Shown here piece after piece: positions 1 through 8,958 of a stretch of DNA of 64,000 nt. Under the pieces are notes generated by a model that saw nothing but the letters and a program-made list of their open reading frames with translations, was not told where the DNA came from and did not search any database. The DNA is from a virus (lineage: Duplodnaviria > Caudoviricetes), in IMG/VR virus record IMGVR_UViG_3300025357_000008, positions 1 to 64,000 of that record; one strand, given 5' to 3'. Position 1 is the first letter of the stretch. Every line of letters starts with the position of its first letter. A program made the translations under genes and the position numbers.

Positions 1-1
1 G

Positions 2-787
2 ATGTTTGCCGGTGATTCTAAGGCTCATAGAATTAAGAGAGCATTGGGCGCTTACTATAAAAAGCAAAATGAAGAAGTTGATGCTGATATGACTGAGATG
101 TATGGTGCATCTGCACAAGTTTACCATAACCCTCAAGAATATCTGGATTCTATTCAGAAGAAAAAAGAAGCCGAAAAAAAGCCTGTAAGTAAAGTTACAA
201 ACCTTGTAAAGAAACCTAACAGCACTCAAATGACTGTTAAGAAAGAAGATGTATCAGAAGAAAAGAAAGATACAAGAACTGCCTCTGAAAAGATGTCTGA
301 TTATGCCGTTAAACGTCATAAAGTTTACCAAGATATTGCAGATAAACAGAAAGAACATGTAAAGAAGTGGAATGAGGATCACAAGGATGAACCTCATTTA
401 CAAATACCGGTAAAAGAAGATATACAACAAGATTCACAATCTGCAACTCAAACTACATTTGATATGGGTAATAATACAGACGATACATCACAGACTTTTA
501 ACAGAGTCAAACGTGCTATGAAGAAAAAGCATGTCAAAGAAGATACTTACGATTGGGAGAAAGCCGATAAATCGGTAGCATCTCCAGGCAAGAAGCCTAA
601 AATGGATAAATCTAATGAAAAGGATGGGGAGGGAGTTGCTAAACCAAAAGCCGCCGCCGTTCTATCTGGTGGTACAACTATGACGGGTGAACCAAGAGAT
701 ACTATTGAAATTGACCCGTCAATGAGAGGCAGACCAGGTCAGGATGGTGGAATGCCATCGGATAAGAAAAAGATAAATAGTAAATAA
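2..787 (+). CDS. Charged hypothetical protein, likely 5'-truncated, possibly a head-internal protein
   Basis: K/E/D-rich low-complexity ORF at the window edge, upstream of other putative virion proteins. Confidence 0.45.
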   Translation: MFAGDSKAHRIKRALGAYYKKQNEEVDADMTEMYGASAQVYHNPQEYLDSIQKKKEAEKKPVSKVTNLVKKPNSTQMTVKKEDVSEEKKDTRTASEKMSDYAVKRHKVYQDIADKQKEHVKKWNEDHKDEPHLQIPVKEDIQQDSQSATQTTFDMGNNTDDTSQTFNRVKRAMKKKHVKEDTYDWEKADKSVASPGKKPKMDKSNEKDGEGVAKPKAAAVLSGGTTMTGEPRDTIEIDPSMRGRPGQDGGMPSDKKKINSK

Positions 788-810
788 CAGTTCCCTAAGG
801 AGAAAAACAA

Positions 811-1437
811 ATGTCAGCATGGTCAAATAACGACAATCACAATAGCAAACCAAAATATAATTACGAACGTGAAACAATGCCAGTAATTCAATTACCAGTT
901 CGTACCGGTAATACTTCTGGTAATAATATTATTCAAGTTTCATACAATGACGGTGGCCAAAACAACGTTGCAAACGTTGGTATCGTTGCAAATACATACG
1001 TGTATTTTTGGGCAAACGGAACAGCAGACGGTAAAGGTGGAACGTCAGGTAACGGTGTTCCTGGATTCTTTGCATCAAATACAACTGTTGCATCAACATC
1101 CGGTAATACAATTACATTGAATCAAAACCTTTTCAACACAGTTAGTGCTGGCTTCATTGCAGAATTTGATTCTTCAATTGTATACTCAACAAATAAAACT
1201 GTTGAGAAAACATACAATCAAGATACTGTTTTAGTTACAGCAACCCGTTACGCTAATGCTATTTCTACGAAATTGAATCCAGCGCACACAGGATGGACTC
1301 ACATTCAAAGAAAGATTAATAATGACGGCACAGTACGTTATATTACTGAAGTTCTAGTTGCTACAGCAAACGCAACTGCAACAAACACAGCATCTGGTAA
1401 TATCAGCAATAGTATTATTGCATTTACTGGCGTATAA
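811..1437 (+). CDS. Putative virion structural protein
   Basis: N/T/S/G-rich, AAGGAG RBS, late-promoter-like GATAAATA at ~772, followed by a terminator hairpin. Confidence 0.5.
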   Translation: MSAWSNNDNHNSKPKYNYERETMPVIQLPVRTGNTSGNNIIQVSYNDGGQNNVANVGIVANTYVYFWANGTADGKGGTSGNGVPGFFASNTTVASTSGNTITLNQNLFNTVSAGFIAEFDSSIVYSTNKTVEKTYNQDTVLVTATRYANAISTKLNPAHTGWTHIQRKINNDGTVRYITEVLVATANATATNTASGNISNSIIAFTGV

Positions 1438-1462
1438 TAAAAGGGACCTTGTGTCCCTTTCT
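1438..1462 (+). terminator. Intrinsic terminator-like hairpin
   Basis: aaagggac-cttgt-gtcccttt inverted repeat directly after the stop codon. Confidence 0.55.
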
Positions 1463-1467
1463 TAACT

Positions 1468-1854
1468 ATGTTTGAAAATTTGAATGAAGATAATTTTATG
1501 ATGTATGCGGTCAAATGCTATACATCACCTAATTGTATTATGTCGGAGTTCGAAAGTGATATTAAGCGAATCAAGTATCTTAAGAGACTTTTTAGACGTT
1601 ATAAATCTACTAAGTCTCTTAAAGAACGTTTAATATTAAATCATATTATTTTATTGAATAACGTTTTTGGTGCAGAACACATGCCAAGAATGTTGTTCTA
1701 TAAAATAGATGAACGAGATTATGATGTGCTTAAGACTTTCTTAGCATACTTGAATTTGTTACCAGATTTCGTCTATGGTGTTGACGGTAAAAACATCATA
1801 GTGTCAAATATACCATACGAAGAGAGTGTTGCAGAAATACTAAGTCAAATATGA
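1468..1854 (+). CDS. Conserved T4-like phage hypothetical protein
   Basis: EFESDIKRIKYLKRLF...ERLILNHIILLNNVFG motif recognised from T4-like marine/freshwater phages. Confidence 0.65.
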   Translation: MFENLNEDNFMMYAVKCYTSPNCIMSEFESDIKRIKYLKRLFRRYKSTKSLKERLILNHIILLNNVFGAEHMPRMLFYKIDERDYDVLKTFLAYLNLLPDFVYGVDGKNIIVSNIPYEESVAEILSQI

Positions 1855-2615
1855 AATCATTCAAGCAATTTATAAACGAATTAGATAGTATCAACGAAGC
1901 AGATACATCACATGCCACAAAAGCAGAAAGTGATTTAGTTGAGCATCTAAAGAAGCATGGTGCTATGCACAAAGATGCAAAAGCCGCAGGTAATACTGGC
2001 GGAAATGATTTTCATATTGTACACCCAAAATCAAAAGAACACGTAGAAGGCTCTGAAGTACATAAACTCGAAGGTGAGACAAAGATTAATACTAAGGGTG
2101 CTAAATTAGGTTCTGTTGCTATCAGATATCACAAAGACAAAGGTGGATGGCATATTCCTGATGAAACTAAAAAGAAAAAGCCTCACTTTGCACACGCAGT
2201 TGAAAACTCAACTGTAGGCGGTAAAAAACTAATGGATCATTTGAATCATCATTGGGGTGCACCTAAAGAAGGTAAACATTTGCCTGGTGTTACAACAGAT
2301 GAGACAGATGCACATCCTGCTCATGCTTATATGAAAGATAAAAACGTTCACGTACTTCACATTGGTGATAAAGGCACATATAGAGCAGGTGATAGTGAAC
2401 ACAAAGACCATCATAACACAAGTCTACCGTCTTTTAAAGCAAAAGGTAAACTACATATCAGTACAGAACGCAAAGGTGGCGGACAAAATAAAAACGGTAC
2501 AGGTATGCAGGTTAACTTTAGAGTAAAGCCTAATAGTGTTGAGAAATCTCACACAGATATTAGCACAGAACACGGAATTAAGAAAGTTTTACATCACATG
2601 AGTAATAGCAAATGA
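1851..2615 (+). CDS. His-rich putative head-internal protein with possible PD-(D/E)XK nuclease-like motif
   Basis: N-terminal MKSFKQFINE resembles T4 capsid-targeting sequences; GGNDFHI...EGETKI pattern. Confidence 0.45.
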   Translation: MKSFKQFINELDSINEADTSHATKAESDLVEHLKKHGAMHKDAKAAGNTGGNDFHIVHPKSKEHVEGSEVHKLEGETKINTKGAKLGSVAIRYHKDKGGWHIPDETKKKKPHFAHAVENSTVGGKKLMDHLNHHWGAPKEGKHLPGVTTDETDAHPAHAYMKDKNVHVLHIGDKGTYRAGDSEHKDHHNTSLPSFKAKGKLHISTERKGGGQNKNGTGMQVNFRVKPNSVEKSHTDISTEHGIKKVLHHMSNSK

Positions 2616-3034
2616 AATCATTCAAACAATTTTGTAATGAAGTAAAAGAGCCTACAGGTGAACTCAAAAAGGCTTGCTGGACAGGTTATACTGCTGTCGG
2701 TACAAAAAAGAAAAACGGTAGAACAGTACCTAATTGCGTACCCGAAGAAGTTATTTGGGAATCTGAAGCATGGGAAAGAAAAGAAGGTAAGAATCCTGCT
2801 GGTGGATTAAATGCCAAAGGTGTTGCATCTTACAATAGAGCAAACCCAGGACATCATTTAAAGATGGCAGTAACAACAAAACCATCTAAACTAAAACCAG
2901 GTAGTAAGTCTGCTAATCGTAGAAAATCTTTTTGTGCTAGAATGTCCGGCATGAAAAAACGCTTAACTTCATCAAAGACTGCTCACGACCCAAATTCAAG
3001 AATTAATAAGTCACTAAGAAAGTGGAACTGCTAA
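2612..3034 (+). CDS. Basic conserved phage protein (CWxGY...VPNCVP and RRKSFCARM modules), putative head-internal protein
   Basis: N-terminal MKSFKQFCNE; modules common in T4-like phage internal proteins. Confidence 0.55.
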   Translation: MKSFKQFCNEVKEPTGELKKACWTGYTAVGTKKKNGRTVPNCVPEEVIWESEAWERKEGKNPAGGLNAKGVASYNRANPGHHLKMAVTTKPSKLKPGSKSANRRKSFCARMSGMKKRLTSSKTAHDPNSRINKSLRKWNC

Positions 3035-3228
3035 TGTTTTCATTTAAACAATTTAGACAATTACAAGAAGACGGTGGAGCAGTTGCCGCAGGTCCTACAG
3101 TTGTAACTGGTGGTGTTGCAGGTATCGGTGCAGGTCCGGCTAAGTTTGCAGAGCCTGGTGTCAATAGAAAGAAAAAGAATAACCCTGTAATGGGTTCAAT
3201 GGCGAGAAGAAAACTACCTTCATATTAA
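3034..3228 (+). CDS. Small hypothetical protein with MFSFKQF start
   Basis: TAATG overlap with the upstream stop; capsid-targeting-like N-terminus. Confidence 0.5.
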   Translation: MFSFKQFRQLQEDGGAVAAGPTVVTGGVAGIGAGPAKFAEPGVNRKKKNNPVMGSMARRKLPSY

Positions 3229-3229
3229 T

Positions 3230-3793
3230 ATGTTCTCATTTAATTATTTTTTGGAATTAGTACCGACTTGGGTGCCTTGGTCAATAATAGGTTTTGGAGT
3301 TGCCCTATTTGTACTTGAAGTTTGTTTCAATAAACTCATACCTTTCTTTTATAGATTACCAATAAGATTAATTGCAATCATAATTTTTGGTGCAGGATTC
3401 TATATTGATGGTAGACAAGATGTTTTAGTAAGTGCTAAAGCAGAAATTGAAAGAACAGTATCTGAACAAAAAGTTGTTACACAAGAAGTAGTTAAAGTTA
3501 TACACGATAAAGTAATTCAAGATAGGATAGTCCATGATGAAATTGTTAAACAAATTACTACTGCTGATGACCATATGTGTGATGTGCCTCAGTCTTTCGT
3601 CCTGCTTCACGACAACGCCGCTAAAGGTACCGTTTCCGGATTATCCTCAGGAGTGGCTGGATCCAGTTCCGGAATTGCACTCTCTGACGTTGAAAAAACC
3701 ATCGCAGACAACTACGAACTCTACCACGAACTTGCCGACAAAATGACCGGTATTCAAATGTGGTTGAAAGAACAAAAGAGGATTAATCCATGA
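3230..3793 (+). CDS. Inner-membrane spanin (Rz-like)
   Basis: Two N-terminal TM segments then a helical periplasmic part; contains an embedded lipoprotein ORF; lies in the lysis cluster. Confidence 0.65.
   Translation: MFSFNYFLELVPTWVPWSIIGFGVALFVLEVCFNKLIPFFYRLPIRLIAIIIFGAGFYIDGRQDVLVSAKAEIERTVSEQKVVTQEVVKVIHDKVIQDRIVHDEIVKQITTADDHMCDVPQSFVLLHDNAAKGTVSGLSSGVAGSSSGIALSDVEKTIADNYELYHELADKMTGIQMWLKEQKRINP
3534..3746 (+). CDS. Outer-membrane spanin lipoprotein (Rz1-like), embedded in a +1 frame
   Basis: Signal peptide with lipobox LSLSS-C, then Pro-rich PLKVPFPDYPQEWLDPVPEL; fully inside 3230..3793. Confidence 0.65.
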   Translation: MMKLLNKLLLLMTICVMCLSLSSCFTTTPLKVPFPDYPQEWLDPVPELHSLTLKKPSQTTTNSTTNLPTK

Positions 3794-4149
3794 AAAAATT
3801 ATTAGCTGTCGTTTTTCTTTTAATATCAGCTTGCAGTATTCTTCAAGTGTCGCATTTTGATGCTAATGAGTACGAACTTGTCGTAAAAATTAGGTCTACA
3901 GCATCTACACAGAAATGCACACCAGATAACGTAGAGAGCCTCTACAAAACATCATTGAATTTAAAAAATTATAGTGAATATGTACCAAATAATGAAAACA
4001 CATTTACCATGTCTAAAGGTTTGTTTACACTTGTGGATGAATTACATGAGAAAACTGTAATTAATGAAACATACTGTAAACTTAAACTAAAGAGTATTGA
4101 GCAGTCAGCAGAGATTATACAAAAGACTTTAGGAGCACAAGCGAGATGA
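3790..4149 (+). CDS. Lipoprotein
   Basis: MKKLLAVVFLLISA-C lipobox. Confidence 0.65.
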   Translation: MKKLLAVVFLLISACSILQVSHFDANEYELVVKIRSTASTQKCTPDNVESLYKTSLNLKNYSEYVPNNENTFTMSKGLFTLVDELHEKTVINETYCKLKLKSIEQSAEIIQKTLGAQAR

Positions 4150-4355
4150 GTAATATAGCAGACTTAGCAATTCAAGCACAAGGTTACCAAGAACTACATG
4201 CGAAAGGTGAACTTTCGGATGAAGACTTTAAAGAACTTGTTGGTGATTTGAAGATTGAGCAATCAATACAAGAATCCGCCGCTGAAGATGAACAGACACA
4301 GATGTACCATCAGATTTTGATGGGTGTATTAATGGCGGCTGAGGCATTAGCATAA
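4146..4355 (+). CDS. Small acidic hypothetical protein
   Basis: ATGA-coupled ORF in the lysis operon. Confidence 0.5.
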   Translation: MSNIADLAIQAQGYQELHAKGELSDEDFKELVGDLKIEQSIQESAAEDEQTQMYHQILMGVLMAAEALA

Positions 4356-4356
4356 T

Positions 4357-4980
4357 ATGGAACTTACAAAAGACCAACTAAGACAAATCATACCAAAGAA
4401 TCCATATCTGGATCACTGGTATAAAGATTTGGCATTACTATTGCCTGATTATGATATCAATACACCGGCAAGAATTGCAGGATTCTTAGCTCAATGTGTA
4501 CATGAATCTAATGGGTTCACAGCACTTAAAGAGAATCTGAATTATAAACCAGAATCTCTAATTAAAATATTTCACAAGTATTTCCCAACGATTGAGTTAG
4601 CACAAGAATACTGTGCGAAGCCAAACAAACAGGAAGCGATTGCAAACCGCATCTATGCTAATCGTATGGGTAACGGACCAGAAGAATCTGGTGACGGTTA
4701 CAGATACTGTGGTCGTGGGGCTATTCAAATTACTGGTAAAGACAACTACTTTTGGTTTGCCGCCAGTATTGAAATTACACCTGAAGAAGCATCAGAGTAT
4801 ATGCAAACCTTTGAAGGCGCATTACAATCTGCTTGCTGGTTCTGGGAAACAAATAAATTAAATGATGTTGCCGATGCAGGCGATATTGTTAAGATGACTA
4901 AGATTATTAATGGTGGTGATATTGGCCTAGAAGATAGAACAGAAAAGTTTAATCACATTAAACAAATTCTAGGGGCCTAA
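4357..4980 (+). CDS. Endolysin, glycoside hydrolase family 19 (chitinase-like)
   Basis: FLAQCVHES, ENLNY, IANRIYANRMGNG, DGYRYCGRGAIQITGKDNY, TKIINGG motifs. Confidence 0.92.
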   Translation: MELTKDQLRQIIPKNPYLDHWYKDLALLLPDYDINTPARIAGFLAQCVHESNGFTALKENLNYKPESLIKIFHKYFPTIELAQEYCAKPNKQEAIANRIYANRMGNGPEESGDGYRYCGRGAIQITGKDNYFWFAASIEITPEEASEYMQTFEGALQSACWFWETNKLNDVADAGDIVKMTKIINGGDIGLEDRTEKFNHIKQILGA

Positions 4981-4981
4981 T

Positions 4982-5263
4982 ATGCACGATAAAAAATTAT
5001 TAGCATGGGCATCACTTTTGCTTATTTTACCATTGTCTTTGGCATTTTGCGGTCACGACCAATTTCGTTACCCATGCCAAGACCCTAAGAACTGGGATAA
5101 AGATGACTGTAAACCACCTATATGCGATGTTACGAGAACTTGTCCGGAACAAATTTTCAAAGGTCAAAGAGATCCTCGTTTGGGTCCGCCACCTTCACCC
5201 GATTCTCAAACTCAAACAATTACACCTTCATGTAAACCCAATGGAGCAAGCTGTGGAAAATAA
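4982..5263 (+). CDS. Small secreted Cys-rich protein
   Basis: Hydrophobic N-terminus then RYPCQDPKNW...CKPPIC...TCP. Confidence 0.55.
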   Translation: MHDKKLLAWASLLLILPLSLAFCGHDQFRYPCQDPKNWDKDDCKPPICDVTRTCPEQIFKGQRDPRLGPPPSPDSQTQTITPSCKPNGASCGK

Positions 5264-5726
5264 CGAAGTCCCATTCATGTATTCAGAAGACCAGCTTATG
5301 GCTCGTCTTAAATTTTTTATTGGTATTTGTTTAGCATTGACATTGACAGGTATTGTCTTTGTTGTGTTATATTCAATTATCTTTATTACTCAACCATTAA
5401 ACGCTATTAGTCCTATCGACCAAAAGTTCTTTGAGATGATTATTCCGATTGCTACATTCTTAACAGGTACATTATCTGGTATTATGTTAGCAGGTAACGA
5501 CAAAGACTTAAAGGCTCAAGCACTAAATGCCGCAACTAAACCACCACCAGTCTCACCAGCACCAGTTAATGCACCCAGTACAACTTATGTGCCAACAGCA
5601 TCTTATGTACCTCCGGCAGTCACAAGACCAACACCGGTTAGTACACCAGTTGCCGTATCCGCTGACCCAGTCGTTGGTTACGGTGGTAAGTTAGCACCTC
5701 CACCAGCACCTCAACCGGAGATTTAA
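5241..5726 (+). CDS. Membrane protein with two TM segments and a Pro-rich tail (holin/antiholin-like)
   Basis: Two hydrophobic helices; start uncertain (track ORF begins at 5103); next to the endolysin. Confidence 0.5.
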   Translation: MEQAVENNEVPFMYSEDQLMARLKFFIGICLALTLTGIVFVVLYSIIFITQPLNAISPIDQKFFEMIIPIATFLTGTLSGIMLAGNDKDLKAQALNAATKPPPVSPAPVNAPSTTYVPTASYVPPAVTRPTPVSTPVAVSADPVVGYGGKLAPPPAPQPEI

Positions 5727-5939
5727 ATGAGCGCATTAAAAAGTATGTTGAGCGACAACACAGAACAAATTAGTAGCAAAAGAGTCGTAACATTCTTATG
5801 CTTTCTTTTGTGTGCCGCCGCTTTCATAAGTAATACATGGTTCGGATTTAAAGTTGATGAACCATTATATAATAGCCTAATGTACATTGTAATTGCAGGC
5901 TTAGGATTCACAGCAAGCGAAAAGTTTGCATCAAAATAA
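5727..5939 (+). CDS. Holin-like two-TM protein
   Basis: SSKRVVTFLCFLL...IAGLGFTASEKF; 70 aa; lysis cluster. Confidence 0.55.
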   Translation: MSALKSMLSDNTEQISSKRVVTFLCFLLCAAAFISNTWFGFKVDEPLYNSLMYIVIAGLGFTASEKFASK

Positions 5940-5948
5940 GGAATAAAT

Positions 5949-6131
5949 ATGAAACAGATTATACTCGCATTAACATTGACTTTTTTAACTGTAGGTTCAT
6001 TTGCCGAAGAACATGAAATTAAAAAAGTTTGCGAAGTAACTAAAGATGCTTCCGGTAAAGAAAAGAAAGTTTGTAAAGACGTTAAGATTCACAAGAAACT
6101 TGACGGTGAGAAATTACCTGAAAAGAAATAA
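5949..6131 (+). CDS. Small secreted protein
   Basis: Signal peptide, two Cys, K/E-rich. Confidence 0.5.
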   Translation: MKQIILALTLTFLTVGSFAEEHEIKKVCEVTKDASGKEKKVCKDVKIHKKLDGEKLPEKK

Positions 6132-6171
6132 TTGTCACGCTTTTTGCTAGAATAGAGGACCTGTCGAGAAA

Positions 6172-6594
6172 ATGACCGAACAAGAAAGTAACGAACTCCG
6201 AATTGACGTTGGGGTGTTGAAGTCACAAGTATCGACTATAACCTCACTCTGCGAAAAGATGGACAGCGTAATAGATAAACTAATAGAACAACACGATAAG
6301 CATATTGCTAAGGTTTACACCGACATGGATGACAGACGAAAAGAAACCGACAGCGATATCAAAGAAATACACGGTCGAATAGATACCGTCATAGACAAAC
6401 TACAATTGTCTGAACTGAGGATTATGGAAGAATTGAAAGACCTCAGAAAAGATATGAAAGCACATAATGATGAGGAAGATAAAGCACTAACGGCATTAAT
6501 GCAATGGAAATGGATGATTGCCGGCGGTATACTTGTCCTTTCATGGTTGATTTCTCACATACATTATGATACAATAGAACATCTATTGAAATAA
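6172..6594 (+). CDS. Coiled-coil protein with C-terminal TM anchor (T4 gp61.1-like position)
   Basis: Heptad-rich body, WKWMIAGGILVLSWLI TM segment, directly upstream of primase. Confidence 0.55.
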   Translation: MTEQESNELRIDVGVLKSQVSTITSLCEKMDSVIDKLIEQHDKHIAKVYTDMDDRRKETDSDIKEIHGRIDTVIDKLQLSELRIMEELKDLRKDMKAHNDEEDKALTALMQWKWMIAGGILVLSWLISHIHYDTIEHLLK

Positions 6595-6616
6595 TCATTT
6601 AACTTTACTTTATATT

Positions 6617-7639
6617 ATGAGCGTTATTATTGACAGAAGTTTTCTACTTCAAGTGTCTGGTCGTCTGAGTTTGTTTACTCAGAAGAAAGATGACTTGTAC
6701 AACTTTCGTTGCCCGTTCTGCGGCGACTCACAAAAACACAAAACAAAAGCACGTGGGTACATCTATCGTAAGAAAGATGATTACTTTTACATGTGCCACA
6801 ACTGTAGCATTTCAACGTCATTCTATAACTTCTTAGACAAGGTCGATTCTGCTAAGACAAAAGAATATGCACTTGAAAGATTCAAAATAAATTCATTTGG
6901 TAAAAACACAAACGTCTCAAAAGAAAAAGTTTCTGAGCATGAACTAGAGAGTAATGCACCAGTATTTAAAAAACGATTAGATATACCGACAATTGAATCT
7001 TTACCGGAAGAGCATTATGCAAAAACATATGTTAGTGAACGGCAAATACCAAAACAATTCTTTTCTGAACTTTATTATGCCGAAGACTTTAAAGGATTCG
7101 TAGATTCTCTCGGTATTGAAAAGGATGGATTAATTGAGAATGATCCTAGACTAATTATACCGTTCTATAATCAACAAAAGAAATTAATTGCCATTCAAGG
7201 TCGAGCATTAGGTAACTCTAAGTTGCGATACATTACATTAAAGATGTCCGATGATGAAAATAAGTTCTTTGGACTTGATAGGATTGATTCAGAGAAGATG
7301 ATTAGAGTAGTTGAGGGACCAATAGACTCTATGTTTATTGAGAACGCCATAGCGACTGCCGATTCAAATCTACCATCGGTAACTAAGATATTTGATAAAT
7401 CAAAAGTGGTATTAATCTATGACAATGAACCTCGAAATAAAGAGATTGTCAAACAAATGGAAAAGGCAATAGAAGAACACTATAATGTTTTAATTTGGCC
7501 AGAAATGGTAGAAGCAAAAGACATTAACGATATGATTTTAGAAGGCTTTTCACAGTTTGAAATTGAAGATATTATTGAAAAACATACCTTTGTAAATTTA
7601 AGGGCAAAGATGGAATTTGTCAACTGGAAGAAGGTATAG
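6617..7639 (+). CDS. gp61: DNA primase (T4 gp61-like)
   Basis: Zn finger CPFCGDS...CHNC, TOPRIM VVEGPIDSMF, YDNEPRN, KDINDM. Confidence 0.95.
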   Translation: MSVIIDRSFLLQVSGRLSLFTQKKDDLYNFRCPFCGDSQKHKTKARGYIYRKKDDYFYMCHNCSISTSFYNFLDKVDSAKTKEYALERFKINSFGKNTNVSKEKVSEHELESNAPVFKKRLDIPTIESLPEEHYAKTYVSERQIPKQFFSELYYAEDFKGFVDSLGIEKDGLIENDPRLIIPFYNQQKKLIAIQGRALGNSKLRYITLKMSDDENKFFGLDRIDSEKMIRVVEGPIDSMFIENAIATADSNLPSVTKIFDKSKVVLIYDNEPRNKEIVKQMEKAIEEHYNVLIWPEMVEAKDINDMILEGFSQFEIEDIIEKHTFVNLRAKMEFVNWKKV

Positions 7640-7670
7640 AATAGCTATATAATACACTAGGAGTGATTGA

Positions 7671-8297
7671 ATGACTTTAAAAATAAACAATACAAAAAAT
7701 TCATTGTTTAAAAAATCTGGATTTTATGTATATGAAAATGCGATAAGCGAAGATACGGTAAACTTGCTTAAAACGCAATTTGAAATGATGATGAACGTCT
7801 CTGCACACAAAGACGGCATTAAAGAATTAAATTATAAGACTATTACAAAATACTCGGATAAACAAGTTCCTCATTCCTATCCACAATATTCACATCATGC
7901 ATTTGAAAGTTTGATGTTAGTGATTCAACCAAAAGTTGAAGAAGTTACCGGACTAACATTATATCCTTGTTACACATATGCAAGGGCAATGTACGAGGGT
8001 GCCATTATGTTAAAGCATAAAGATAGGCCTTCTTGCCAATATTCAGTTACCATGTGTATTGATGAGGATAAGGATTGTGAATATCCTATCTATATGGAAA
8101 ACTATGCCGGTGAAGTTAGTGAAGTTTACCTTGCACCAGGCGACATGATAGTGTATAATGGGACTGAGTTGAATCATTGGCGTGAACGGTATACTGGCAA
8201 AAGACAAATACAAGCCTTTCTACATTATGTCGATGCTAATGGTCAATACGCTGACTACAAGTTTGATAAACGTCCCATATTAGGCATCCCAAAATGA
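7671..8297 (+). CDS. 2OG-Fe(II) oxygenase
   Basis: HKDRPSCQYSVT (HxD)...HWRE...QAFLHYV. Confidence 0.85.
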   Translation: MTLKINNTKNSLFKKSGFYVYENAISEDTVNLLKTQFEMMMNVSAHKDGIKELNYKTITKYSDKQVPHSYPQYSHHAFESLMLVIQPKVEEVTGLTLYPCYTYARAMYEGAIMLKHKDRPSCQYSVTMCIDEDKDCEYPIYMENYAGEVSEVYLAPGDMIVYNGTELNHWRERYTGKRQIQAFLHYVDANGQYADYKFDKRPILGIPK

Positions 8298-8941
8298 ATG
8301 AAGTGAAATTAATTAATTACTCACAAGGTAATAATGGTAATCTATTAGAACAAGTCGCATATGCGGCAAGAGTTTCTAATCCATCAAATCAAAATAATAA
8401 TGATACTGCTGAAAAGTTAGTTCGTTATCTAATCAAGAATCAACATTGGTCTCCACTAGAAATGGTGAGTGTATGTTTAGAAATAAACACTACTAGAGAC
8501 ATAGCAAGACAAATTTTAAGACACCGTTCATTCTCATTTCAAGAGTTTTCTCAACGATATGCGGATGCTTCTAAATTGGGTTTTGAATTAAAGGAGGCTA
8601 GACTACAAGATACAAAAAACAGACAGAATAGTTTTGAGACTGATGATTTGGCATTACAAGCGTGGTGGGAACAATATCAAAATAAAGTATTAGAGGTATG
8701 TAAAGATGCTTATGCATTTGCCTTAGACAAAGGAATTGCAAAAGAACAAGCGAGAGCAGTATTGCCGGAAGGTATGACTAAAAGTAGAATGTATATGAAC
8801 GGAACACTTCGTTCATGGGTTCACTACATACAACTCCGAACAGATAAAGCGACACAAAAGGAACATCGTGATGTGGCAATTGCCTGTGCCCAAGCGATTA
8901 AAGAAATATTCCCCATGATAGAGGAATTTGTACAACAATAA
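8294..8941 (+). CDS. thyX: Flavin-dependent thymidylate synthase
   Basis: RHRSFSFQEFSQRY ThyX motif, HWSPLEM, EQARAVLP. Confidence 0.96.
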   Translation: MNEVKLINYSQGNNGNLLEQVAYAARVSNPSNQNNNDTAEKLVRYLIKNQHWSPLEMVSVCLEINTTRDIARQILRHRSFSFQEFSQRYADASKLGFELKEARLQDTKNRQNSFETDDLALQAWWEQYQNKVLEVCKDAYAFALDKGIAKEQARAVLPEGMTKSRMYMNGTLRSWVHYIQLRTDKATQKEHRDVAIACAQAIKEIFPMIEEFVQQ

Positions 8942-8958
8942 CAACAACAAGGCAGAAT

